Shown: positions 1-12,630 of the stretch, one piece after another
Position numbering within the stretch: position 1 is the first letter of the stretch
Layout: every line of letters starts with the position of its first letter
Assembly (NCBI GenBank): GCA_965285935.1
Contig: OZ260662.1
Location: forward strand, 70,866,001-70,930,000
Length of the DNA stretch: 64,000 bases
Direction of reading: 5' to 3'
Source: Ophelia neglecta
Lineage: Eukaryota
The notes under the pieces: generated by a model
What the model saw: only the letters and a program-made list of their open reading frames with translations
What the model was told of the DNA's origin: nothing
Databases searched by the model: none
Position numbers and translations under genes: made by a program

Positions 1-607
1 GGTTTGGTATCTATATTTATATGTGGCAACATATAGAAAACTCTTTTAAGTTTTTGGTCAGCTAGAATATGTCATACATGTATATCTGGTCTGGATCGTT
101 TTTGAGCAGCCTTCGGAGAACAATGGGTGCCTTGCTGGTGTTTCCCATTTTGGTGGAAGCATGTCTAGCTTGATAATCAAAGACAACTGAAAACCACAAA
201 TTGAAATGCACAGTAAGCTTAAAACTAAGTATTGTGATCCCAATTATTATAAATAGGTAATCAATAATCAGGAACAAGACAGATGGACAAGTACATATTG
301 TTTTATATTCTGTGCAAAATGAACAGGTTCAAACAAGCATTTTCAAGATTTTAAAATGGTGTGGTGACCTTGCAATATGGTCAAAGTTTCAAAGTTATTC
401 TGATAGATAATGACCAAATGTACAACTACTTTAAATATTAAAATCTGTTAACTATTGACCATGGTACATGAACTGACAGCAAAAGTTTAAATTAATTATG
501 AATGTTACCATGCAGTAGGCCAATAAATAAAGAGTCACAGCCTACAGATCTGTAAGACCAGGCTTGTGTTGTGCTGTGCATCAGGGATTTTTTATTTTAT
601 TTTGTAG

Positions 608-727
608 ATGGTGTGGGAGCAGGGTAGTGTCGTGCTGGTGGACCTGACCAAACTGGCCGAGACCGGACAGGCCTTGTGTCATCGCTACTGGCCAGAAGAG
701 GGAAGCGATCTCTACCACATCTATGAG
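608..727 (+). CDS. PTPRN: IA-2/PTPRN-family receptor phosphatase-like protein, internal exon ([40 protein letters not shown])
   Basis: tttgtag acceptor and gtatga donor; 120 nt, phase 0-0; PTP motifs MVWEQ and CHRYWP followed by the IA-2-typical LYHIYE. Confidence 0.93.
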
Positions 728-1158
728 GTATGAGAAGCAGCCAACCTCCTGTACACTACCTCCACCCAGACTGGAAGCGTCTCCAGTTTACAAAAACAAG
801 TTCTCAATCTATAGCTGATATTATTACTTTTAAGTGAGAAAAACGGGGGTTCCCTTTTCTTGCATCTTATAATTTTAAATCTAGTAGTGTAATGCCCTAA
901 CATCTCTTACTTGACAAAAAAGAGTATTTATCTGTATACATATAATTTTTGTTTGTTGTTTGCACAGTTTTTTTTACTTGATTTGTATTCCTTGAGATGT
1001 CCCAAAATGCAATGCATAGTAATGTTTTCTGTCTTCATTGATCACAGTTTGCCATGGAAGAGGGAACTTCAAGACATTTTTTAAGGTCGAAGGTTCCTCA
1101 TTGACTGACCTAATTACCGAAAGGCAGCATTTATTTTGTCATCATCTATATTCAACAG

Positions 1159-1325
1159 GTTCACCTGGTGTCCGAGCATATCTGGTGTGACGATTACCTA
1201 GTTCGCAGCTTCTACCTGAAGAATCTGCAGACAAATGAGACCCGGACAGTGACCCAATTCCATTTCTTGACCTGGCCTGATTTGGGCGTGCCCAACTCAG
1301 CAAAGGGTCTGCTGGACTTCAGAAG
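1159..1325 (+). CDS. PTPRN: IA-2/PTPRN exon ([56 protein letters not shown])
   Basis: caacag acceptor, gtaatt donor; [27 protein letters not shown] is diagnostic of IA-2/phogrin. Confidence 0.95.
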
Positions 1326-1929
1326 GTAATTAGACCACAATAATTTGACCAAATTTGACTCCCAGCATGGTCAGATGTCAGTGGTGTAAACTAAATGTGA
1401 CATTGGTTATTGTATATCTAGATTGAGTTGTTATGATATTGTTTTTAAAAGGGCAATTTGATGAGGAAAGGTAACCAAAGGTATATACACTTAACTAGAT
1501 TGGATTTTCAACCAGATCATCGTAAGAACACATTTATCTCTCCCAGACTTTTAGTCTGGGGGGATGCAATGGACTTGTGTCATGAGAGGCATGGCATGAT
1601 TGCCGGGAGACATATATCATGCACATTTGGTTTCCGCATACTTATAAGGGAGAGCTTCAATATGACATTTACTATCCACTAATGGTCGTGAGCCGCATGC
1701 CTGTCCATTACATACATACTTGTAGTAGTTGGTCCCAGTCATAAATATAAAATGGCTGCATCACTGGAATATTTGGGACACCTGCAGCCATTGAAGGAGG
1801 ACTGTTTAAGCTATCAGCACCAAGCTTCACAGGGAGGTCCAGCATTAACTTACACTGCCTAGGACTGGATTTACCCCGATTGGGAAAAGGCAGTCACAGT
1901 CAAAGTCCTGAAAGAACATTCTGGGTTGT

Positions 1930-2265
1930 CATGGATAAGGAGGAAGTACTGGTCAGAATATGGACTCCAATCTGCACAGCGAGGGAATTCAGGATGTCAG
2001 GTGGCTGAGGACTTGATCAAAATCAGGGATAGGGACCTCTATGGTCATAGATATGAAGGAAGTACTAGTCAAACTATGGACTCCAATCTGCACAGCGAGG
2101 AAATACAGGATGTCAGGTGGCTGAGGACTTGATCAAAATCAGGGATAGGGACCTCTATGGTCATGGATATGAAGGAAGTACTAGTCAAACTATGGACTCC
2201 AATCTGCACAGCGAGGAAATACAGGATGTCAGGTGGCTGAGGACTTGATCTAAAACAGGGATAGG
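1930..2265. repeat. Intronic tandem repeat, 116-bp unit, about 2.8 copies
   Basis: ggaagtact recurs at 1942, 2058 and 2174 with near-identical downstream sequence. Confidence 0.9.
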
Positions 2266-5249
2266 ACTGCTACAATCAAATATTAAAATAAGGCATTATT
2301 GCAATAGCAGAATATTAGATATAAACCCAATTCTGTACGGGGAGGCAAGGTGTGAAGAAAGTCAATTTGAGAATGAATTAGTCTAGGTAGCTCCTCCGTC
2401 AGCGAAATTTCTTAGGAGGAGTCATCCTGTTTCTTTTTTACTTCGTTTATGTAAACAATAATGTATAGCACGATAGTCTAAATAAATGTTCTTGACTTGA
2501 CCTGACTTGACTAGATTGGAAAAATAATACGGCCACACTTTCACCTGCATAAAGAGCTCACGGGATGGATTTATGGATATCTGTGTAAGATTACTTCTTG
2601 AAACTGTACAGAGAAGGTAAGCTGGACAGTAGCTCATTTGAAATTGCAGTCTATCTAATTGCAAAAACAAAATGGCTATAGCACATTCATTTTTCTGAGA
2701 AAATGTGTTGGATCTCTAAATGATTACTACTAAAATAGTGTACATTCGAGACTGTTAACACCCCCGTCTCACAGAGCCATCGGTGATAGATCGTTAGTTT
2801 TCTTAGCCAGATTCGGGCGGGAACCAATGCAAACCTATTTACCACCGATATCACTTTCTGGATTCCTTTTGGTCCCCTTTGCAGAAATAAAATAGCCAGT
2901 TGATTTGTTTTATAACTGAAGATTATGGAAGGTGTCCTATTTAATGTAATGTCTCAAATAACATGTGTATAAGAATGGAATAAGATATACAGTTGCCTGG
3001 GGTGATTCACATATACAGGTATTCACCAACTGTACACCTTTGTCATCATAATTTGTAAAAGGATTCCTAAGACAAATTACTATAAAGTAAGAAATCATAT
3101 GATGTGATATCATTATGACGTTGAATAATCCTAAATGATTCAGTCAATATTATCTGAAACCTGTAAAATGGTATCTTCTGAGGTGAAATTAATTGTAGAT
3201 CATTGAAAGATGATTAAAATATGGTCTCATGTTTAATTGGCTTTGAGAAACGAAGGCTTCCTGTATGTACAGAAGAAATTAGTTTAAATATGTTTGGGTT
3301 GTGTTTTTAGTGACCAATTTTAGGTTTAAGTTGGTTATAGTATAACTTTAAATGTTACTAAAATGTCTGCGTGTTTAATCTAACTATTAACATGGATGAT
3401 TTTGTTTATATGGTGTGTTTGGCTGAAGTTTATATGTACATGAATGCATGCCAATGTGCTGTATCCTGCTGCAAACTCACTCCTTCCACCTCACTCTCCT
3501 TCCTGTACACCATTTGGTGGTTTTTGTACGAGATCGTTATTTCCTATTTATTAATTAATCCTTCTGTAACGGAGTATATCCACTGTATATTAATTCAGTA
3601 TCACCTGACATGGTCTCTACACCCAATCAAATCTAAATGTCATAAAGACTACTACCGTTACAGCGACAGCTCTCGTATATAAAACCATCATTCTGAAATT
3701 ACCACTAGGTAATTATCTGTCACTTGTCATTTTCTCCTTAAATCTTGCATCTAATATTTCCCGTTACCCTGAAGCATGTGCCAATCTTGATTCCAAGAAC
3801 CTCCTTCACATTGTGGCCTTATTAAATGTTTTTTTAATCTTTATGATGTTGTACTCCTTATCCACTACCAGTAAATATGTCCTCAGGGGCTAAATGAGTT
3901 TTATATTGTGAAATTTGTGCACAATGGGTATTCTTTGTTGGTTGGTAGATAAAGTAGAGTCCTAACCCTCAGTATAAGTTTCATTCCTTTATCATTTACA
4001 TTTAAATTCCATAGTTTCATTGTTTGTGAATTGTGGTGGTGAAAGTTGTTTCAAAATTTATATTGAAGTAGTTGTCTCCATATAGTAAATTTTGTGCCAG
4101 TTTGAAAACTGTGGTACAGAAATACACCAAGAATTTATGTAGTTTATATACTACTGGTTTGTTGTACCCAGATCAAGTTTTTTTTTCTGAAATGACAGAT
4201 AGGCGCTAGAGTATGGGGTGTAAACATAGTTGCCATACAACTCACAGTAATAAAATTCATGTCCTTTATTTATGGATAGGAAAAAAATAAAAATTGATAC
4301 TACTCATGGCATATTACCTATTTATATTAAGATATATCAGTATTTGAGACTTGGTTTGTACAGGAGCATGGAGTACAGGAGGTTCTTGGGCAACAAATCA
4401 TACAAAAATGTACATTAAAAACTCGGCCATTAAAAACTCGGCCTTCTTCAACTTTCACCTTTGATCTCTGACCTTTCACCTCACCCTGTCCTTCAACTGG
4501 CTTGCTTGGCTTTTGCCCATCTAGTGTCGGAGTCTTGACGGCTTTTGTGATTTGCAATTGTGTTTTGAACCAAATTGCATAGTCACAAAAGTGATCAGGC
4601 CTCCTGACCACGCCACTACTAACACTGCAGCGGTGCATTCAGTGCATACAGGAATGTGTCTAATGTACTACTACAACCTTCTACTACCAAGCATGGTGTT
4701 ATTTCACTCTGACAGCTCAGGTTCTCACAGCCAGGTTGGATGGCACCCTCACTCATGTAGGCACTTAAAGCGTAGTAACTGATCACTTGGACAGATGGCT
4801 CTAGTTTGCCAAGGTTCTCTCGCATCATACAAGACGAAGCATGGTATCCCTTCACTATGTCCGTTTTCTCTGGTTTGGTGAATCTAAAAAAAATGCTTCA
4901 TGTTGTCTGTGCACTTAGTCAGACTGGTCTGGTTCACCCTGCCTACATCTCACCAACAATACAGTAAACATAGTATGCATTCACTCTGCTAGACAGACCT
5001 GGATCCCCTACAAGTTTAGCTTGAGAGCTGGTCTTAGGGAGCTGGTGGTCCAACCCTTACCAGGACATCCATGGTATCTGTTCAGTCAGCTATCAGTGTG
5101 GTCACTTAAGCCCACACATGGACAAGTGTCTGAAACCAATCCTTGACCAGCACAAACAGATGTGCTATAGAACGTCTCTGACAGTCTTTGTCATCTGAAA
5201 TTGATTGGGAAAATAGGGACAGGAGATTTAAGCACTCCTTTGTCATATT

Positions 5250-6150
5250 ACAATATGTCAGGGAGAGATATGAGTCAGATATATGGGTGTGTAGGAGTGG
5301 CAATAACAAGATGTCAGGGAGGGGTATGAGGGAGAGATAGGAGCCAGCAATAACAACATGACAGGGAAGGATAGGAGCAGCAATAACAATATGTCGTGGT
5401 GAAACACGAGTCAGCAATAACAAGATATCAGGGAGAGATAGAAGCAGCAATAACAATATGTCAGGGAGAGACACCAGTCAGCAATAACAAGATATCTGGG
5501 AGAGATAGGAGCAGCAATGACAATATGTCAGGGAGAGACACCAGTCAGCAATAACAAGATATCTGGGAGAGATAGGAGCAGCAATAACAATATGTCAGGG
5601 AGAGACACCAGTCAGCAATAACAAGATATCTGGGCGAGATAGGAGCAGCAATAACAATATGTTGTGGTGAAACACGAGTCAGCAATAACAAGATATCAGG
5701 GAGAGATAGGAGCAGCAATAACAATATGTCAGGGAGAGACTCGAGTCAGCAATAACAAGATATCTGAGAGAGATAGGAGCAGCAATAACAATATGTCAGG
5801 GAGAGACTCGAGTCAGCAATAACAAGATATCTGAGAGAATAGGAGGAGCAATAAAAAATGTAAGGGAGAGACTCGAGTCAGCAATAACAAGATATCTGAG
5901 AGAGATAGGAGCAGCAATAACAATATGTCAGGTAGAGTCGAGTCAACAATAACAAGATATCTGAGAGAGATAGGAGCAGCAATAACAATATGTCAGGGAG
6001 ACTCGAGTCAACAATAACAAGATATCTGGGAGAGATAGGAGCAGCAATAGCAATATGTCAGGGAGAGTCGAGTTAACAATAACAAGATATCTGGGCGAGA
6101 TAGGAGCAGCAATAACAATATGTCAGGGAGATTGACAAGATGTCAGGGAA
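5250..6150. repeat. Intronic minisatellite, ~67-bp unit made of two related ~33-34-bp subunits, about 13 units
   Basis: tcagggagagacaccagtcagcaataacaagatatctgggagagataggagcagcaataacaatatg repeated; both halves share cagcaataacaa. Confidence 0.92.
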
Positions 6151-6458
6151 ACTGAAGACAGCAGACTTAGGTTGACAGCAATGAAGACTTCCGAGTTACC
6201 AGATGGATAGAACCCTTATTAGAATGAAGTAGCGTACACAATAAGAACTAACTCAGATACACTCTTTTCTACCAAATAAATGTTCCAGTGTACATGTAGA
6301 CATAGAGTTCTAGTTTCTTTTGTACAATAAATTGATCATCTCCCATGCCCCATATAAATATAAGGTTTGTGTTGCTATGAACAAATTTATCCTTGCATTT
6401 AGCTAGAGAGAATTCATTAACTGAGGAAGTATTGACCAATGTTTGTATCATATTGTAG

Positions 6459-6512
6459 GAAAGTTAACAAGTCGTACCGTGGCCGATCCTGTCCAATTGT
6501 AGTCCACTGCAG
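6459..6512 (+). CDS. PTPRN: IA-2/PTPRN exon (KVNKSYRGRSCPIVVHCS)
   Basis: ttgtag acceptor, gtgaga donor; phase 2-2 continuity; matches IA-2 KVNK.YRGRSCPI.VHCS. Confidence 0.95.
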
Positions 6513-6699
6513 GTGAGAACGTTTTACCCTTAAAGTGCAGAGCATTTTATTCTTACATATGTAGTTTTTAAAGTTTATCATTCTAATTCAGGGATCGAAG
6601 GAAGAAACATACCCGTACTTTCTATACAATAAACAGTGCTGTCAATATTCAGCATTCACCATTGATTAAGATTGTAGTTTAGAACCTTTGGTTTTGCAG

Positions 6700-6838
6700 T
6701 GATGGCTCTGGCAGAACTGGTACTTACTGTTTGATTGACATGGTCCTGAATCGTATGAGTAAGGGAGCCAAGGAGATAGACATTGCTGCCAGCCTGGAAC
6801 ACATCAGAGACCAGAGAATGCAGATGGTCAAGACCAAG
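6700..6838 (+). CDS. PTPRN: IA-2/PTPRN exon ([46 protein letters not shown])
   Basis: ttgcag acceptor, gtcaga donor; completes the [11 protein letters not shown]-loop. Confidence 0.95.
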
Positions 6839-6907
6839 GTCAGACATCTTTCTACATGTACATTTAAAAAAAAAAGATTTTTTTTCCTACTTGAACTAAG
6901 AGGTATA

Positions 6908-7083
6908 CAGTGGTCCCTGCGATGTATGGGAACCTCTAAACTCAAGGAAATTGTCCTTACATAGCAGGTGTTCCTTCATCAGAAGGACATTAACATAAGA
7001 AAGATAGGACATGGGCATTGAAAAATGTCCTGTGGTCAGAGGGAGTCCCTCATTAGAGGGTCCCTTCATCGCAGGGACCACTG
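6908..7083. mobile_element. MITE (Tc1/mariner/pogo-type, non-autonomous) in PTPRN intron
   Basis: 17-bp perfect TIR CAGTGGTCCCTGCGATG...CATCGCAGGGACCACTG, with TA on both sides. Confidence 0.88.
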
Positions 7084-7352
7084 TAGTTCAAATGAATATG
7101 TGCTATTTTGTGGCAAAACATTTACATCTGTTTTATGTTGAGAGCCCTTCTAATGTAATTACTGATAGCCCATTAGTGCATAAATAGTATATATAATTAT
7201 ACACAAATTATTCATTGTTATGCTTAATTTTTTTGCCATAACTAATTTTTGCATGTCCACAAGACCAAATAGATTGGAAGAAGGGTCCCACATTAAATGT
7301 TTAGTTGATGTACTGAAATGACTTTGTACATGTATATTTCTATGTGCTTCAG

Positions 7353-7424
7353 GAGCAATTTGAGTTTGCTCTGGCTTCTGTTGCTGAAGAGGTCCATGCC
7401 ATCCTGAAAGCTTTGCCGCAATGA
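7353..7424 (+). CDS. PTPRN: IA-2/PTPRN terminal coding exon (EQFEFALASVAEEVHAILKALPQ*)
   Basis: cttcag acceptor; IA-2-type C-terminus ILKALPQ, then TGA at 7422-7424. Confidence 0.95.
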   Translation, partial: EQFEFALASVAEEVHAILKALPQ

Positions 7425-7959
7425 AGTTGACAATCTGCCGACCATGACTTTCATCTGAGCTAGGGATATGTACCGATTCTATAAGTAGTAATGATGTGCA
7501 CAACTACAACATGTACGCAGAATATATGCCGTCTGTTTTGAGAACTGTGACTGCAATTTAGTCAGTTTTAGAATCGGCGGTTTCCGTAGGGCACATATTA
7601 TCCTTTCAGTTAAGCAAGCATTGCTACTGATATTCTCTCCTGGGGCTCCTGCAAAAAAAATCTTGTGAATCTCATGGCCAGCATTGTTTGAAATATTATC
7701 CCTGCTGTCTTCTCTCCAGTCATCATTTTATGCACAATAGAAATATGAGGTATCTTTATCAATTATTTAGTCAACAACCATTCTTTGAATCAACATACTA
7801 TTTGATGAATACTGTCAAAGATAAATTTGTACATCTGGTCATTTTAACAAATGGGGGAAATATGTAAATATAGGGTTTATTTGGAAAAGAAAACTGGTAT
7901 CAATTTAATGTTTATTCACTTTCTGGGATGCTAAGAAACTTGTAATGTGTTAGTTATAT

Positions 7960-7972
7960 TATATTACTATAT

Positions 7973-8002
<30 letters not shown>
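7960..8002. repeat. (TA)n microsatellite in probable PTPRN 3' UTR
   Basis: interrupted TA run. Confidence 0.8.
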
Positions 8003-8003
<1 letters not shown>

Positions 8004-10920
8004 TTAAAATATAGATAATTATATACACATTAACTTGGTGTGTTCTTGTTAGGTGTTCTAGGGTATATTTCTGAGGAATAAAACATGTCAATGCAAGTAG
8101 ATTATACTTTGTAACTGACCATAATATTGTAGACAAAGCCCAGCTCCTATTTAAACCCATAACACAAATGTATAATAGAGTTTAATGGATAGTTCCATTA
8201 CTTTTTTCTTTTAAGGTGTACTGCCGAAACACATATTCTGGCAGTGCATTCTTACTGACATACTTGGTTTCCCCTACAATTTGTGCTTAGTAAATCATTA
8301 TTATTACTATTGGGAAGAAAGTGAAGTTGTGAGGATGAAGAACTGAAAGAGAAGGGTGGACCTGCATTGTAATCAACCTCTTCAGTTAGGACATGGCTGT
8401 TTTTAGATATCGTAAGCTGCTGATATGTGTAATATAGTCAAACGAGTCCTCTTCACTTTAATTCCTTACAACCCTCTTTCCACATTTGCTCACTTCTGAT
8501 GATTGTGTTTTCCATAAAATTTAGATCACCTGTATAATAGTATGTGTCACTAAATGCCAGCAATTTGATTAGTCCAAATTTTGCATTCTTTCATTGTTAC
8601 CTCTAAGATATGGATTTTGTAATATAAATTTTGTTTTGATAAAATGTAATTATTATGGTAGAGCAAATATGGAAAAAAATGGTGCCGAAAAGGAGAAGAG
8701 AACTCGCATGGTGTATAATTATATCTTAAAAAATGGATTGAATTGTTTCCAATGAAGTCATCAGGGGTTGACACATTAGAGAATGAACAAGCTAAGCACA
8801 GGCTCTCCTCTCCATAAACATGACAATAGCCAGGGAATCAGTCTAGTCTTTGGAAATGGCAATTCAATTTTTTATTCCCTTTTGTGGAGAGCCTTTGACA
8901 ATAAGGAATCCTCAGTGTACCTGTAGCCTTTGACTCTCTGATGTATTAGCTGATTATTTAATATTCTCCGGGTTGTAAAGTGTTGCGTGTGCCTCTATTA
9001 TGTAAAAAGTATTGGGACCTACATATATTATAGATCTATATATAAACAATATCTTGTGTATTTTAGTGTATGAATTAGAAAGTTGTAATAATCTTGGCAG
9101 TATTGGTCTGGTCAACTTACATTCCATGTATAAAAATTGGGATATAAAGAAGTTTATCTTTAATGGGAAGCATGCATAAAAATAATTAAATAAAAAAACA
9201 ATTCTGTCCGTACTACTATTTAAGAAAGATATATTTTCTTTGCTACTTTACAAGCATTTGGGAACAAATTGTAGGAGGATAAGTAGCAGTGTTGTAAGTT
9301 TATTTGTTAAATCTGCCTTGACTTTTTGTGCCATTCCTCTAGTCAGAAGTGATATACTGATATGTTGATGAGTACCCTCCCCTAAACTGTTCACTTGTCA
9401 ATTTATTGATACATTATTTAGAAAATGGAGGAAATTTGTTGTACTGATGTTTTGACTGTTCAAATTCCACCTGATTTGGAGTGAACTGTGTTTGATGGGG
9501 ATCTAGATCTGGTGATCTTGTTATGTATTTAGGCACTTTATTTATGCCTGCAGAAAGCCAAACTTGAAGGAAGGAAAGAACAATTTCCTACAGTGTAGAC
9601 CTAGTTTTTCTTCACTGACCTACTGCCTATCTGCAAATTACCTTTAATGGAGATATTCAAGTTGACATCCAGTATTTAAAAGTCAAATGATAAAGGATAT
9701 TTAAAATGTTCAGGCACTTAACTAATAGGCTATTTTCTTGTCCTGATCACAATATTTGTTGTAATTAGTGGGGTCACTCTGTCCACTTAAGTATTTTCCG
9801 GAAATAAAAGTAGCCCCAGGGCAAATGTGCAATGGATTACTAGTGTTTTATTCTTTTTTCAACAGTGTCTGCGTATATCAATGTAATCACATATTCTTCT
9901 TTTAAGCAAACCTTTTTCATTCTGATCTTCCCAGCAGACATTTATTTCCTTTCGCGGCACGGCTATTGTGAATAAAAGTGTATGGTATGTTTTGCGGTTT
10001 GTGGAGCGCTGATGCCAGTGCCATTCCCCCTTGAAGAAAAAAATTGTGAGACGTATTTGGACTCGAGAGACAATGACCTACTTCTGCCAGGCACCATTTG
10101 ATTTGCCATAGAAAGCCGTGGCACATGAACTGTATTGACCGCTAATTAATTCGTATTCTCTGCTGTCGAACTTAATGTGTACCTCGACTTGGATCTCCTA
10201 CAACAGGACCGCGTCCATATTTCACTTTTCATGAACGGACATCATTTCTAGAGTGGGGAGTAATCAGGGTAGTGATCTCCAGTCACAAAATTAAAGACAC
10301 ATCACTGGGATAAAAAGGGCTAATCACAGTCTCAGAAATAAGGTGTAATCACAGGTCTCGAAAATAATAACGGGCCTTGTTTTTTACTGTTAATTATCTA
10401 GATTTTACCTGCTAGAAGGTTGAATTGAGTTTATTTGGTGTTACTTAACACATTACATCAATATGTCCAAGCCAGCAATGCGTTTTAGAAAGTAAAAGGA
10501 ACACCAGGACGCCAGTAATAGCCAAGGGCATAAGCACAGGACGCCATATAACATATATATAGATAAGAAGAATGGACATATAATTATTGAATTGCAGGTC
10601 AAGCCAAGCAAGTGCTGGATAGACGCCTGACACCAGGTAATTAACAAGCGCAAAGAAAGAGGTCAAAGTCAAGTTTATACCAATAAAAGGATCCCCTGTA
10701 TAGAAATTCCTATAAAGTTGATAAACAATGTCAGTTTATATTCCTATCTTGAACCATTTAGCCATACAGAGGTTTCTTCGAAAGACATGATTTTACCCAC
10801 AAGCAGAGAATATTTATTGACTTGTTTGCATATGTCGAATTATGCGCTCCTTGTAAATTATATTTTCTGAAAACATATTTGAAGACCAGTATTGCGAAAC
10901 TAAGTTGCAGTCGCAAGATA

Positions 10921-11156
10921 CTGTAAACCAGGAAATTTTCGCGAGCAGGAAATTTTCGCGAGTTTCGCGAATAGCAGACACCCGCGAAAATTACCTGCTC
11001 GCGAAAATTTCGTGTCTAAATACTACTAGTTAAATCAGTTGCAACGCATGACATACTTCACTTTCAATTTCAGAAGCGCGAAGTTTTCCTGGCGCGAAAA
11101 TATCCTGTGGGGATTCCCGCGAAATTTTCCTGTCGCGAAATTTTCCTGGTTTACAG
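10921..11156. mobile_element. MITE with TA target-site duplication and repeated TTTTCGCGA subterminal motifs
   Basis: 24-bp perfect TIR CTGTAAACCAGGAAATTTTCGCGA...TCGCGAAATTTTCCTGGTTTACAG; TA at 10919-10920 and 11157-11158. Confidence 0.9.
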
Positions 11157-12389
11157 TATGTAATTTCGGGGCTGCAAAAGTAGGTTCATCTCCATCGTAA
11201 TTCTAATTGCAATTCCATTATTTACACGCCTCTAGCAGTGAACACGGTACCCAGAGATTCGTATCCTTCATGGCAAGCCTATAGCAAATGACCGAAGTAG
11301 TTCCCTTGTTATTTTGCTCTTTTTAGATTACTCCTGTATTTTGCTCACATTAAGCAAACTGTTTATATTAATGTTGCAATATGCATAGCAGTGTTCTGAA
11401 CGCGATGAGAAATGTAAACATGATGCATGCACAAAATTGATCAACTTTACACTTGGAAACGGTGTGTCATCCTGACAGTAGCTATAGCTATTTCGTTTGA
11501 AGTTAACTTCTCTGTATAGAATTTGGAATAAACCGAGTGGACTTAAAATCACGAGATAAAATATGCCTGAGGAAAGACACGCACTCGGTTATACTGAAGA
11601 ATCAAGTCCATAGGTGGGCCAAATAATGGTGTTATAATTAAGTTAAATTATTGCCCGCCATGAAGCTTAGCGTATCTGCAGTTACCGTGATCAGTGGTGC
11701 CGAGTTGAATTACAGCCTGAACTATATAACAGTACATAGCGCTGTCAATTTCATCCTTTTTATCGGTATTGATTTCACATGAATCTGATGAAGCTGAAAA
11801 AAACATTTAATAATATTTTAATCGGTTTAAATTGATCCAAATTCAATGAATCCAATAAAACTGATAAGAAGCTTAATACATGTACTTTCAATTTTGTAAA
11901 CCCTGGTAAGATCATTTGAGGAACATTCGATGGACATTGCTAAGGTAACGATGTGGGTTTGATTTGGTTGTACCCAACCCTAACAAGACCCATATACTTC
12001 CTTGCAAGGGCCACACATATAAATTGCTAATAATGAAAAAACGTTGGTTACATTTATAATGACATGAATCTGACTGATCGTGGTCCATCATACCATGAGC
12101 ATGTTTACTTAGCTGTGATATGGATCACAATGTTTATCCTGCTGGGTGAATCACTTAGAAGTTGAGTGCGTATTACAGCGAGTGTTTTCACGTGGTTTGA
12201 TGTTGTTGTATCCAATAGCTGGAGCGGTTTGCTCCCTTATAAAATACAAACAATGAATTCAATCTCCCTCTTGAACCTAGAGAAACAAAAATCTCTTTGT
12301 AATGAGTAATTTTTCAGTTTTACGTTTACAAGTAGTGCACGTGACAAAGTCACCTGACATGCACTCCTAAAGATAACCGCCATAGTTCT

Positions 12390-12630
12390 AACCATTTTCA
12401 CTATCGCATATCACCGCCTACCATTTTTACCACCACCTACCATTTTTAACCATCATCTTGCTATCATCGCCTATTTTCTAGCATTCTACCAACGCCTACC
12501 ACCACATACCACGTTATACCATCGCGTACCACTGCTTATCATTTTACCATCGCCTACCATCGCCTACCCTTTTGCTACTCCTGCCTATTACCGCCTACCA
12601 TTTTTACCATCGCCTACCATCGCATACCCA
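12390..12630. repeat. Degenerate low-complexity repeat (accatcgcct / accatttt motifs)
   Basis: multiple imperfect taccatcgcc copies. Confidence 0.7.

Noticed and set aside
3371-4855. ORFs in the large PTPRN intron (103 aa on each strand) as a nested gene or alternative exon
   Set aside because: No recognisable motifs; the candidate exon near 3599-3708 has a stop in the required phase
5250-6150. CRISPR-like array (recurring cagcaataacaa with intervening sequence)
   Set aside because: The intervening sequences are themselves repeated rather than unique spacers, the context is a eukaryotic intron, and there are no cas genes
10445-10672. Hydrophobic 75-aa minus-strand ORF as a membrane micropeptide
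   Set aside because: Non-ATG start, and T-rich DNA gives hydrophobic translations by chance
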